From NCBI GenBank assembly GCA_022780025.1, contig JALEXS010000031.1:2003-66002 (forward strand): a DNA stretch of 64,000 nucleotides. Reading direction: 5' to 3'. The position numbers and the translations under genes were made by a program. Below are positions 17,185 through 26,548 of the stretch, piece after piece. The number at the start of each line of letters is the position of its first letter. Within the stretch, counting starts at the first letter, position 1. Under the pieces are notes generated by a model that searched no databases, was not told where the DNA came from, and saw only the letters and a program-made list of their open reading frames with translations. The DNA comes from Mollicutes bacterium. Its GTDB lineage: Bacteria > Bacillota_I > Bacilli_A > RFN20 > CAG-826.

Positions 17185-19451
17185 ATAATTTTATAATCTT
17201 TAGGTAATATATAATTTAATTTATTACCTTTAGTTTCTAATATTAATTTATCTTTCTTAATAGGTATTATAACTTTAGCTTCATCATATAAACCTACTTT
17301 ATTTAAATATATATTTTTATTTTTATAATCAATAAAAGTTAAACCAAAATTAGCTTCTAAAATAATATTAACTATAAAACTAGTAAAACAATGATTTAAA
17401 CTAGCAAAAATAGAATCATGTTCCCATAAAGTACCATTAGTAATTGCCATTTTATAAAAATATTCAATAGATTCATTAAATACTTTATTATATAAACCAT
17501 ATTTATTTAAGATCATTAATCTTAATAAAATACCCATCAATACATTAGATTTATAAACATTAGGATATATTAATTTATCATCTCTATATTCACCAAAATT
17601 ATTAATCATCTTATTAAAATAATCTTCATTATCTTCTTTTTTAATAATATTAAAATATAAAGCATAATATTGACATGTTTCAGTAGTATGATCTGTAGGA
17701 ATTATATTATTATCTTTATCTCTAATAGAATTATCTATAAAGAATTCATTATTAAATGAATATTTATAGATAATTTCTTTAAGTTTTTTACCTTTATTAA
17801 TAAGATTATTATCATTTAATAAGATACCTGCTTTAATTAAAGCTTCACTATAAAGCATATTAGTAGGATAATTTATACCTTTAATAAACTCTATATCATT
17901 AGCTTTACTCCATTCAACAAAGATCCAACCTTTTAAATTTTCAAGTAATCCTAATTCGTTTTCAAAATCTTTAAAATAATCTAATATTCCTTTTATATTA
18001 TTAATACTACTATTTAATATAGATTTAGAACCACCTCTATTAATATAATTATAGATTTCTAAAATATACCATAATGACCAATTAGGAATAAATTCCTTAC
18101 TAGGAAAATCAGCAGGATAACACATTGGCATCATACCTTTAGGTAAATTATCTTTCTTACATTTACTATAATTATCTAAAAAAGCAGATTCTACTAAATT
18201 ATAACCAGTTAATATAGGTTCAGCTTGTCCACTAAAATAAGAGTCACATAACCAACCTGCTCTTTCTCTACTAGGACAATCAGTTAATAAATCAACAGCA
18301 TTTTGTTTAAAAGTATTAATAGCAGCATCAAATACTTTATTAATTTTCTCATTATTAAAATTATATTTAATACTACAATCTTTATTCTCATATTTAATAA
18401 CACCAAATTTAGAAATAGATACTTCACCTTCTAAACAAATAATACGAGCATATTTTAAAGTATAAGGTTCAAAACTTATTAAATTATAATCTCCTTCTTT
18501 AAGAGAATAAGTAATACAGTTATGAGTTGTGTTACGAGAAAAATCAATTCCGACTAAATCTTCTTTACCTTTTTCTTTAATATCAATTTCGTCAAAGATA
18601 ATATAAATTAAAGCATCTTTTTTAACTTTTAATTTTAATCTAATAAATCCAGTAAGCGATATTTTATTTGAAAACGTTGCAAAACTCCACTTTTTTAAAA
18701 GTTTTTTATGTTCATTATTTAATTTAAAATCTAATTGACTAGCTACTTTATTACTGTCAATTTCCCATTCATCTTTAGGGAATATTTTTAAATAATCTAA
18801 TACCTGATAACGATCTTCATAAATCTTTTTATTTTCATTTATGAAAGAAATTCCATTTTCAATTAATTGATATTCATTAAATTTTAATATTGGATAATTA
18901 ACAATTCTATCTTCGAATTTTAAATTTTTAATAACTACTCCATCATAATCTCTATAAGGTTCTAATGGTGTATTTAATAAGATATTTAATCTATCATCTA
19001 TATTATATGATTCACTAAAAGCTCTTTGATAAGCAAATCTAGTTACTTTTCTAATTCTAGTTTCATTATTAAATATAGTAAAATCTTTATCACTAGTTTT
19101 AATAACACCATCATATTCATTTTTTATTTCGCAAATAAAAAATGGTTTAGTATTTAATGCATAAAATGAATTACAATTAGATCCTGAAACTTCAATAACT
19201 ATAACATTACATGTTTCATTTAAATCAAATTTATAATTATCTACTCGATAATAATCATGAGCATCTCTACTAGGACCATACCCTTTTAATTTACCATTAA
19301 TAAAAATACGATAAAAATTATTAGCACATAAACTAAATTTATATGTACCTTTTTGATAAATTACAGTTTTAAAAATTAAAGAAGAATTTAATTCATCTTC
19401 TTTACCTTCTGCCCATATTGCTTTTGCTTTTAAAAAATAAGTTTTCTTCAT
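17175..19451 (-). CDS. GH78-like alpha-L-rhamnosidase-family six-hairpin glycosidase (putative)
   Basis: 758 aa, no signal peptide. N-terminal FYRIFINGKLKGYGPSR recalls the rhamnosidase N-domain. TDCPSRERAGWLCDSYF resembles the GH78 DCPxRER-GW-GD motif. Family call is by motif recall only. Confidence 0.5.
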   Translation of the reverse strand: MKKTYFLKAKAIWAEGKEDELNSSLIFKTVIYQKGTYKFSLCANNFYRIFINGKLKGYGPSRDAHDYYRVDNYKFDLNETCNVIVIEVSGSNCNSFYALNTKPFFICEIKNEYDGVIKTSDKDFTIFNNETRIRKVTRFAYQRAFSESYNIDDRLNILLNTPLEPYRDYDGVVIKNLKFEDRIVNYPILKFNEYQLIENGISFINENKKIYEDRYQVLDYLKIFPKDEWEIDSNKVASQLDFKLNNEHKKLLKKWSFATFSNKISLTGFIRLKLKVKKDALIYIIFDEIDIKEKGKEDLVGIDFSRNTTHNCITYSLKEGDYNLISFEPYTLKYARIICLEGEVSISKFGVIKYENKDCSIKYNFNNEKINKVFDAAINTFKQNAVDLLTDCPSRERAGWLCDSYFSGQAEPILTGYNLVESAFLDNYSKCKKDNLPKGMMPMCYPADFPSKEFIPNWSLWYILEIYNYINRGGSKSILNSSINNIKGILDYFKDFENELGLLENLKGWIFVEWSKANDIEFIKGINYPTNMLYSEALIKAGILLNDNNLINKGKKLKEIIYKYSFNNEFFIDNSIRDKDNNIIPTDHTTETCQYYALYFNIIKKEDNEDYFNKMINNFGEYRDDKLIYPNVYKSNVLMGILLRLMILNKYGLYNKVFNESIEYFYKMAITNGTLWEHDSIFASLNHCFTSFIVNIILEANFGLTFIDYKNKNIYLNKVGLYDEAKVIIPIKKDKLILETKGNKLNYILPKDYKIIWN

Positions 19452-20974
19452 AATGTCTGTGAAACCTTTAAAGTTTCTTTTTTATTCTTTAATTTAGAAT
19501 AGTCAATTAAAAAATAATACCTTTCATTATCTATATTAAAACATTTCTCATCTAATTCCAAGTTTCTTTTAGCAAGTAACATATCACCAACAAAATATAA
19601 ATTATTTTCTATATGAGTATTAAGTGTAAATTTAATATTTAAATTAGTATCTTTATCAACATTAATAATTAATTTATCTCCCTCTCTAATTAATCCTTTA
19701 TTAGAACATGAAAAACCTATTGTTTCTGGTAAATACACTGCAAATCTAAGATTATTTTTTATATTTTTAAAACTAATTCTTACTTTTTCTTTATTATAAA
19801 TATCACCTTTAATACTTATCTCTTCTTGGTTATTACCATATATCTTCATGTCTTCTAATATAGAAACTAATAACTCATTATCAATATTAAAACTACTATA
19901 TTTTTTAACAAATCTTAATCCTTCTCCTAGTCTCATAGTGCAACAGAAAAATGCTTCATATAAATAACATTTGATACTATCATTATTGTCAATTAAACAA
20001 GTATTACATCCTGCTCCACCATTATTTCTTTGAGCCATTCTAAATGAATTAAGATATATTCTATTTAATAATAGTAAATATTTATCATCTTTAGTTATTT
20101 GATAAAATTTACTAGTTAATATAAATGAATCAACTATACAACAAGGTTCAGTCCAAGTATCTTTACGATTAAACCAATTAATATTTGAATAATCTAAAGT
20201 CATTCCATAATTGATATATTTTTTAAATATATCAATAGCATAATTTAAATATTTTTCTTCTTTAGTTGCTTCATAAAATGTTAATACACCCCTAGCACAA
20301 GATAACGTAGCATGTGTTTGACATTTTAAATTAATAAAGTCTAAGTTAATAAATTTATCTATTACTTTAATTAATATTTCTTTTAATTTATCATCTCTTA
20401 ATAAATAATAAGCTTCACTCATTGCATCAAGCATTATAAAAGCACAACCAACATCACTACTAGTAAGCCATCCATCTCTTATAACACCTTCAATATGACC
20501 ACCAACTCCCCCTATTTCTCTAGTACTAATAGGATAATGCTCATAGAATTTAGCAATCTTATAAATAAATTTATTAACTACACTTTTAATAATTGAAAGA
20601 ATTTCATCACTTCTAGATATTTGATAATATTCAATTAAGCCTCTTAAATACCAAGAATTACCACTAACTTGTTGTTCATCTAAATATTCATCATTAACGA
20701 TATTTCCAAAATATCCATCTTCATTTATATGTTCTTTAAGATGAGAAATTATATCATCTAATTGATTAAGAACAGATTCTTGATCTTTATCATAACCAGA
20801 AAGAGCAAAATAAAGGCTTGTTAAAGATAAAATGCATCTACCTTCCCAATCTCCTGGCCAACTAGCACTATATTTCTTATTAAAAATATCAGGATAACGA
20901 TACATCTTAGCACTAAGTCTTTTACGATTTAATCTAATTCTTCTTAATAAATCGCCTTCTGCAATCTTTTTCAT
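19448..20974 (-). CDS. Cys-rich (alpha/alpha)6-type putative glycosidase, GH127/DUF1680-like
   Basis: 508 aa, cytoplasmic. Motifs WPGDWEGRCIL, TEPCCIVDS, GGAGCNTC and FFCCTMRLGEG recall the Cys/Zn site of GH127 beta-L-arabinofuranosidases. The assignment is tentative. Confidence 0.4.
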   Translation of the reverse strand: MKKIAEGDLLRRIRLNRKRLSAKMYRYPDIFNKKYSASWPGDWEGRCILSLTSLYFALSGYDKDQESVLNQLDDIISHLKEHINEDGYFGNIVNDEYLDEQQVSGNSWYLRGLIEYYQISRSDEILSIIKSVVNKFIYKIAKFYEHYPISTREIGGVGGHIEGVIRDGWLTSSDVGCAFIMLDAMSEAYYLLRDDKLKEILIKVIDKFINLDFINLKCQTHATLSCARGVLTFYEATKEEKYLNYAIDIFKKYINYGMTLDYSNINWFNRKDTWTEPCCIVDSFILTSKFYQITKDDKYLLLLNRIYLNSFRMAQRNNGGAGCNTCLIDNNDSIKCYLYEAFFCCTMRLGEGLRFVKKYSSFNIDNELLVSILEDMKIYGNNQEEISIKGDIYNKEKVRISFKNIKNNLRFAVYLPETIGFSCSNKGLIREGDKLIINVDKDTNLNIKFTLNTHIENNLYFVGDMLLAKRNLELDEKCFNIDNERYYFLIDYSKLKNKKETLKVSQTL

Positions 20975-20992
20975 AATCTCTCAACTTTCTTA

Positions 20993-21021
20993 TTTCTAGA
21001 GGGGAATATCCCCCCTAGAAA
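20993..21021 (-). terminator. GC-cored intercistronic stem-loop (12-bp stem, 1 mismatch, 5-nt loop)
   Basis: tttctagagggg-aatat-cccccctagaaa lies between the stop of 21048..23492 and the start of 19448..20974. No clear T-tract follows on the minus strand, so it is more likely an attenuator or RNA-stability element than a full terminator. Confidence 0.4.
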
Positions 21022-21047
21022 TAAATTATTATTATTTTATTTATTAA

Positions 21048-23492
21048 CTATTCACCAATTTTAACAAGTTCTACAGTTGTATAAGCGATATAGATCTTAG
21101 CATCGGTAACTGTAACGTCTGTTGGGACATAGAATGAGAAGTAATCACATGTTCTATCAGCAACCCAATTGATCTCAACTTTGTGATATCCTTCGCCAAC
21201 TTCAAGATCTAAAAATTTTTGACCATCAAAATGCATCATCCATTTAGCACCGTCATAATTTTGCATAAAGTAAACAACTGTAATTTTATATGTATTACCA
21301 TTTTCTACTTGGCTCTTGCTGTTACTATCAAGACATCTACACCATTCCATTGTGAAGTTAGTAGCATTCTTATATTCTAATAATGCTGCTGTAGCTTCAA
21401 ATCCTTCACCTTTTACATCACTTGGAACAGGAGCACCGTTAGTCATTTTAGCCATACCTTTATCTTGACTACCAAATGCACGTGCTTTATTAGTGAAAGA
21501 ATGTCCTACTTTATATCCGTTTTCTGTTTGATCTTCAGGAATAACAGGAGCAGTATAATCAAGTAATTCAACTGTCATATTACCCATGTAAATATCAAAT
21601 TCACTATTGCCATTAGGATAGAAGTTGATAATAATATCTCCAGCTTTAATAACGTATTCAAATGAAATACTCTTAATATTTCCTTCAATTACTTTTGTAT
21701 CAAATTCATTAATAGTTCCACTTTGGCCACCAGCACTCATTGGTAAAACTAAGAAACTATTATCATTAACACAATAATATCTATAGGAAATTCTTAATTT
21801 CATTCCAGCAATTAAGTTAGTAGAATTTAAACCTTCAAAAATATGTCCATCTCGTCCGGTTAAATGCATAATATTGGTTCCAAAACCTTCTTTGCCTTTT
21901 ATAGCATTTCTAATTGTTTCGTTTTCGATATTATCAACAATAAATGTTTCACCTTGACCAAAACTACTACCTTTTTCTTTCCAATCAAATGTAAATCCAC
22001 CAGGTGCTTTTAATTGGTCAGCGGTAGGAACTACTTTTGTAAATGAAGCAACATCAGTAGTTGTAATTTGGAAATTATCAATTGCAATTCTACATGGTGC
22101 ATCATTTGAAGGGAATCTAAAGAAGAAGAATCCAGCATTATTTTCTGTAGGATATGTTGTTTCAGCAAATTTATGTCTAAAATGAACTACTCCATCACTA
22201 GCTTTCTTTCCATTAGCAAATTGAACATTAGTTCCATCAAATCCATCATATCTTAATCCAAAATAAACATCACTTACTTTATCAGCTTCAATAATTTTGA
22301 AATCAAATTCAACTATATAATTCTTAGCTACACCTCTTGGTAAAGAATCATTTAATGTTAAATATAAAGCATTAGCAGCAGAGCCACATGTTTTACTAAA
22401 ATCAATAATTAAAGAGTTACCAGCAATAGCATCACTAGTTGCACTTAAATGAGATGCACCATTAGCATCACCAATTGCCTTATATAATGGAGATTTAATT
22501 CCATTAGCAAAGTTTTCTTTAAATGTTTTATTAGCAGTTTTCATGTTATCTAAAACATTATCTTCAGCAGTAACTTCAAAATATTCAGCAGTAACTGGAG
22601 TGACGTTAATTGTAAGAATTAATTCATCTGATTTTAATTCTTCACCTTCGCCTTCTTCAACGTAATAAGAAACTTTATGTTCACCAGCAATTTTACTATT
22701 AAATTTAGTATAATCAGCATTAATTGCTTTAGAATCAGTTGTATCAACAGCTTCCATTAAATTAGTAATATCAGTTTTTCCATCACCTGAAAGAGCTGTA
22801 ATTTTTGGTAAAGCTAAATCAACACCAGCTTGAACTGTAAAAGTAGTTTCACCTTCATAAACTAATTTAGGATCAACTTTAGGTAAAGCTTCAACAGTTA
22901 ATTTAACTGTGTCTTGTTTATTACCATCTTTAGTAGTAACAGTAATGTCTACTTGTCCTTCACTAATAGCAGTAATAACTGTTCCATCAACTTTAGCAAT
23001 CTTATCATTAGCTGATTTTAATTCATACTCTTTATTAGTAGCGTTTTCTGGACTAACTGCAATTTTAGCATTACTAGTTTCACCAACTTTAATAGTAGTT
23101 TTATCTAATGTTAATTTAACACCAGTAACACTAACTGTAGCTTCAACAACTGTTAAAGTAGCACTACTTGTTTTATTACCATCTTTAGTAGTAACTTTAA
23201 TTTCAGTTGTACCTTTTCCGATAGCAGTAATAGTATCACCACTAACTGTAGCAACTTTAGTATCACTTGAAGTGATAGTATATTCTTTATTAGTTGCTTC
23301 TTCTGGAGTAATAGTAACTTTAGCTTTTGTAGTTTCACCAACTTTAATAGTAGCACTTTCTAAAGCTATTTTAACATCAGTTACATTTACTTCCTTTTGT
23401 GCTGAATTATCACAACTTGTAATTGTTGTAACAACTCCTCCAAGCGTTAAAAATGATGCTAACGCTACGATTGGAATAAATTTCTTTTTCAT
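21048..23492 (-). CDS. Surface lipoprotein: 2 tandem Big_2 domains plus C-terminal beta-sandwich (CBM-like) region
   Basis: Lipobox ITS|C. There are two about 85-aa Big_2 repeats (IKVGETTKAKVTITPEEATNKEYTITSSDTKVATV... and IKVGETSNAKIAVSPENATNKEYELKSANDKIAKV...). The remaining 600 aa have no recognised catalytic motif. Confidence 0.8.
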   Translation of the reverse strand: MKKKFIPIVALASFLTLGGVVTTITSCDNSAQKEVNVTDVKIALESATIKVGETTKAKVTITPEEATNKEYTITSSDTKVATVSGDTITAIGKGTTEIKVTTKDGNKTSSATLTVVEATVSVTGVKLTLDKTTIKVGETSNAKIAVSPENATNKEYELKSANDKIAKVDGTVITAISEGQVDITVTTKDGNKQDTVKLTVEALPKVDPKLVYEGETTFTVQAGVDLALPKITALSGDGKTDITNLMEAVDTTDSKAINADYTKFNSKIAGEHKVSYYVEEGEGEELKSDELILTINVTPVTAEYFEVTAEDNVLDNMKTANKTFKENFANGIKSPLYKAIGDANGASHLSATSDAIAGNSLIIDFSKTCGSAANALYLTLNDSLPRGVAKNYIVEFDFKIIEADKVSDVYFGLRYDGFDGTNVQFANGKKASDGVVHFRHKFAETTYPTENNAGFFFFRFPSNDAPCRIAIDNFQITTTDVASFTKVVPTADQLKAPGGFTFDWKEKGSSFGQGETFIVDNIENETIRNAIKGKEGFGTNIMHLTGRDGHIFEGLNSTNLIAGMKLRISYRYYCVNDNSFLVLPMSAGGQSGTINEFDTKVIEGNIKSISFEYVIKAGDIIINFYPNGNSEFDIYMGNMTVELLDYTAPVIPEDQTENGYKVGHSFTNKARAFGSQDKGMAKMTNGAPVPSDVKGEGFEATAALLEYKNATNFTMEWCRCLDSNSKSQVENGNTYKITVVYFMQNYDGAKWMMHFDGQKFLDLEVGEGYHKVEINWVADRTCDYFSFYVPTDVTVTDAKIYIAYTTVELVKIGE

Positions 23493-23550
23493 ATTGTCCT
23501 CCTAAAATTTTATTCACATTTTTATTTCAATAGATTTCTCTATTAGTTAA

Positions 23551-26547
23551 TTATTTAAATAAATATTGTGGCATTCTTGCAGTTGATGTCTTATTATTCT
23601 CAACATTATGAGCAACATTAGATGCTTGAATTCTCTTTCTAGAATCTCTTTCAGCATCACCAACAATAATTGCCATATTTATACGTTTATTATTATCAAT
23701 AGACTCTTTGAACTCTGGAACCATAGTGAAAGGATATTTAATTTCACCACTATAACCATTACTAGTTTTAATAAGTTTACATTCTAATAAATCTTTATTA
23801 TCAACATATTTTGAATTACTTCTAACTTTAGCAATTGTATTGTAATTAGTTGATGCCCAAGTAGGAGCAAATGCAGTTTGAATAACTCCACCTTCTTCTT
23901 TATAAACTTGTAAATCAGCAGTAGGCATATTAGTAATAGTAGAAGCTAAAACTTCAACACAATCACCCATCCAGAAATCATTAACAGTTCTACAATCTAA
24001 TTTATCATCAAAGATATCAAATCCAATATAAATACCAGTATCATCCCAAGTCATCATTAATTTCTTAACTTCAAAAGTAGGATCTAATTGAGCTTTAGTC
24101 CATTCATTACCTAAAGCATCGGTATAACCTCTTATTTCAATATCAGTAGCACCAATATTACCCCATTCATCAATATTTCCATCGATTGTAATATTTCCAG
24201 TAGCTTTAGTAACATCAACTTCAGGTCCAACATCATCAATAACTTGGAATTCAATTGATTTATTATCAATTAAATTAATACTATCTTTATTTGTAGTACC
24301 TTGAGGAATAATACCACTTAAACCTTTAGTTAAATTATATTGATTATAATTACCACTAATTGTAATATCACTTGCATTAGATAAACTAAATATACAATTA
24401 TAAGCTTCTCCATTAGGTTGAGATGAACTTACATCATAGAATAAATTATCTTTAATAGTAGAATCACCGACACCTCTAAAAGAAATAGCACTATTTCCAT
24501 TATTATAGAAATAATTATTCTCAATAGTTGCTCCTTTAATAGTTCCATTAGGTGCTACAGCTCCATTTTTAGCAATAGCAAATATTGAAACATCACCATA
24601 TAAAGTTCCACCAGTTAAATAATTATTAGATATAAATTTATTATTTCTAATAGTTATATCTTGAGGTAAAGTTGCTTCATTAAATTTATCCATTGCAGTA
24701 CCTGCTTGAATAGATCCATGACCAACATTTTGGAATGTATTATTTTCAATAATAGCATTAGGAACTTGAACTAAAATACCTCTATTTCTTTTATTTCTAA
24801 TAATATTATTTTTAAAAGTAAGCATTGGAGTATCATAAAGGAAAGTAACTCTAGAAGCATTCCAAGTATTATAATTTCTAATTCTTTCTTTAACAGTGAC
24901 AAGCATCTTACCACTTTCTTCTTTAGCACTTACTACTGTATAAGTTCCATGTCCTTCAAAACTTTCTTCTTCATAAATTTGAATCTTATCACCCTCTTTA
25001 GGTAGATTCATTGAAGTAGTAACTCTAGAGAAAGTAAATACTTTATTTAAAGTATCGCAATCATCAACTTTATAATAGTAACCATGCTTAATATTTAAAG
25101 CATCATCATGAGAATATTCAATAATAGAATTAGTAACCTTAACTTCACCTTTCATCATTGAGAAATGTAAAGCATCAGCACAACTAGTCATTAAATTAAA
25201 TGTATTTTCTTCAATAACTTGATTATATTTATTTAAATAGAAATTATTAACATAACCACAAGTTAATCCCATACCATAAGCATGATTCAATGTAATAGAA
25301 TCAACATAAACATTTTCAGAGTTATCAATCGCTATACCTGAAACATCATATTGAGCAAATTGTAAAGTAGCTAAAGTACCAAGTTGAGATTCAACAATAC
25401 TATTTGTAAATGTAATAGTAGCAGTATATTGTTCATTAACTTCCTTAAATTCAATTGATTTAAATCCATCAACAACTAAATTACCATTTTGAATAGGAGT
25501 TTTAGTAGCTTTATGGAACTCTAAATAGCTTCTTAATTTCTTATTATTCTTAATAACTCTTTTAATAGTTTCATTAAATTCTTTATTAATCTTAACTTCT
25601 ATTTTTCTATTATCTATATCAAAAGATTCAATACTACCTGTAACATTAGCAGGTACTTCTTGAGTAAATCTTATATTATATAAAGATAAATTAGTACAAT
25701 TTGTAATAGTTAAATAACCTTTATAATTTAATTCATTTATCTTTATATTGATAATAGTATCATTACCTTCAAGCGTAACATTTCTTAATCCATCAAGAAT
25801 AAATGCTCTAGTTGTAGATACACTAGTTGTATCAATATCAACTTTACCTTTAGGTAATTTAATTTTAGTAGTTTTACCTTCATCACCATATTTTTTAGCT
25901 AAATAAATTGCAGCTTGAATACTATTTAAATTATTAATTTCAGTAGCACTACTAATAACACTTTTAATTTCTTCTAAAGTTAACTTAGTAACATCAATTA
26001 CTTTATCATAATTATCATCAGATTTACTTCCATAATATACTTCACTAGCTTCATCAATATTAACACCAATCTTATCTTGATCTTTAACACCAAATTTATC
26101 ACTAGTAGCAACTTTACTTTGATAAGGACTATCATAAAGAGCTTCACCTAATTCATTAGCATTAGTAGCATATGAATAATTTTCTTTAATAATCTTTAAA
26201 GATATAGAACTTTCTTTATTACCATCTTTAGTAATAACTTTTAAAGTAACATCCCCTTCTTTAATAGCACTTACTAATCCAGTATTTGAAATAGTAGCTA
26301 TATTATCATCACTACTAGAATAACTAACTTCTTGATTAGTAGCATCACTAGGACTAATTTTAGTATTTAATTGAAGAGTTTTACCTACATTTAAATAACT
26401 AACATTACTAGTTAAACTAACTGATTCAACTGATATTTCTTTCTTATCAATAGGATCATTTCCTTTATTACAACTAACTAAATTAGCACCTAAAGTAGTA
26501 AAAATTAAAGCACTACTAAGTAAAATAAGATTTGTCTTTCTTTTCAT
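23551..26547 (-). CDS. Surface lipoprotein: Big_2, right-handed parallel beta-helix (pectate-lyase fold) and C-terminal CBM9/DOMON-like domain
   Basis: Lipobox LVS|C. Beta-helix repeats include the conserved YSHDDALNIK (25087-25116) and NKRNRGIL (24772-24795). The C-terminus reads ITIDGNIDEWGN...MMTWDDTGIYIGFDIFDDKL. Paralogue of 26549..28771. Confidence 0.7.
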   Translation of the reverse strand: MKRKTNLILLSSALIFTTLGANLVSCNKGNDPIDKKEISVESVSLTSNVSYLNVGKTLQLNTKISPSDATNQEVSYSSSDDNIATISNTGLVSAIKEGDVTLKVITKDGNKESSISLKIIKENYSYATNANELGEALYDSPYQSKVATSDKFGVKDQDKIGVNIDEASEVYYGSKSDDNYDKVIDVTKLTLEEIKSVISSATEINNLNSIQAAIYLAKKYGDEGKTTKIKLPKGKVDIDTTSVSTTRAFILDGLRNVTLEGNDTIINIKINELNYKGYLTITNCTNLSLYNIRFTQEVPANVTGSIESFDIDNRKIEVKINKEFNETIKRVIKNNKKLRSYLEFHKATKTPIQNGNLVVDGFKSIEFKEVNEQYTATITFTNSIVESQLGTLATLQFAQYDVSGIAIDNSENVYVDSITLNHAYGMGLTCGYVNNFYLNKYNQVIEENTFNLMTSCADALHFSMMKGEVKVTNSIIEYSHDDALNIKHGYYYKVDDCDTLNKVFTFSRVTTSMNLPKEGDKIQIYEEESFEGHGTYTVVSAKEESGKMLVTVKERIRNYNTWNASRVTFLYDTPMLTFKNNIIRNKRNRGILVQVPNAIIENNTFQNVGHGSIQAGTAMDKFNEATLPQDITIRNNKFISNNYLTGGTLYGDVSIFAIAKNGAVAPNGTIKGATIENNYFYNNGNSAISFRGVGDSTIKDNLFYDVSSSQPNGEAYNCIFSLSNASDITISGNYNQYNLTKGLSGIIPQGTTNKDSINLIDNKSIEFQVIDDVGPEVDVTKATGNITIDGNIDEWGNIGATDIEIRGYTDALGNEWTKAQLDPTFEVKKLMMTWDDTGIYIGFDIFDDKLDCRTVNDFWMGDCVEVLASTITNMPTADLQVYKEEGGVIQTAFAPTWASTNYNTIAKVRSNSKYVDNKDLLECKLIKTSNGYSGEIKYPFTMVPEFKESIDNNKRINMAIIVGDAERDSRKRIQASNVAHNVENNKTSTARMPQYLFK

Positions 26548-26548
26548 A

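Noticed and set aside
19448-19451. Possibility that TGA encodes Trp (code 4), which would merge ORFs
   Set aside because: TGA coincides with gene ends that abut the next start (ATGA overlaps). Conserved Trp positions use TGG, and protein lengths under code 11 match the family expectations for RhaA, RhaD, ManA and GH38.
22909-23505. 198-aa + ORF and 67-aa - ORF (23153..23356) over the Big_2 repeat region
   Set aside because: They are antisense or out-of-frame readings of the tandem Big_2 repeats of the 814-aa lipoprotein. The Val/Thr/Leu/Ser-rich sequence mirrors the repeat, with no independent support.
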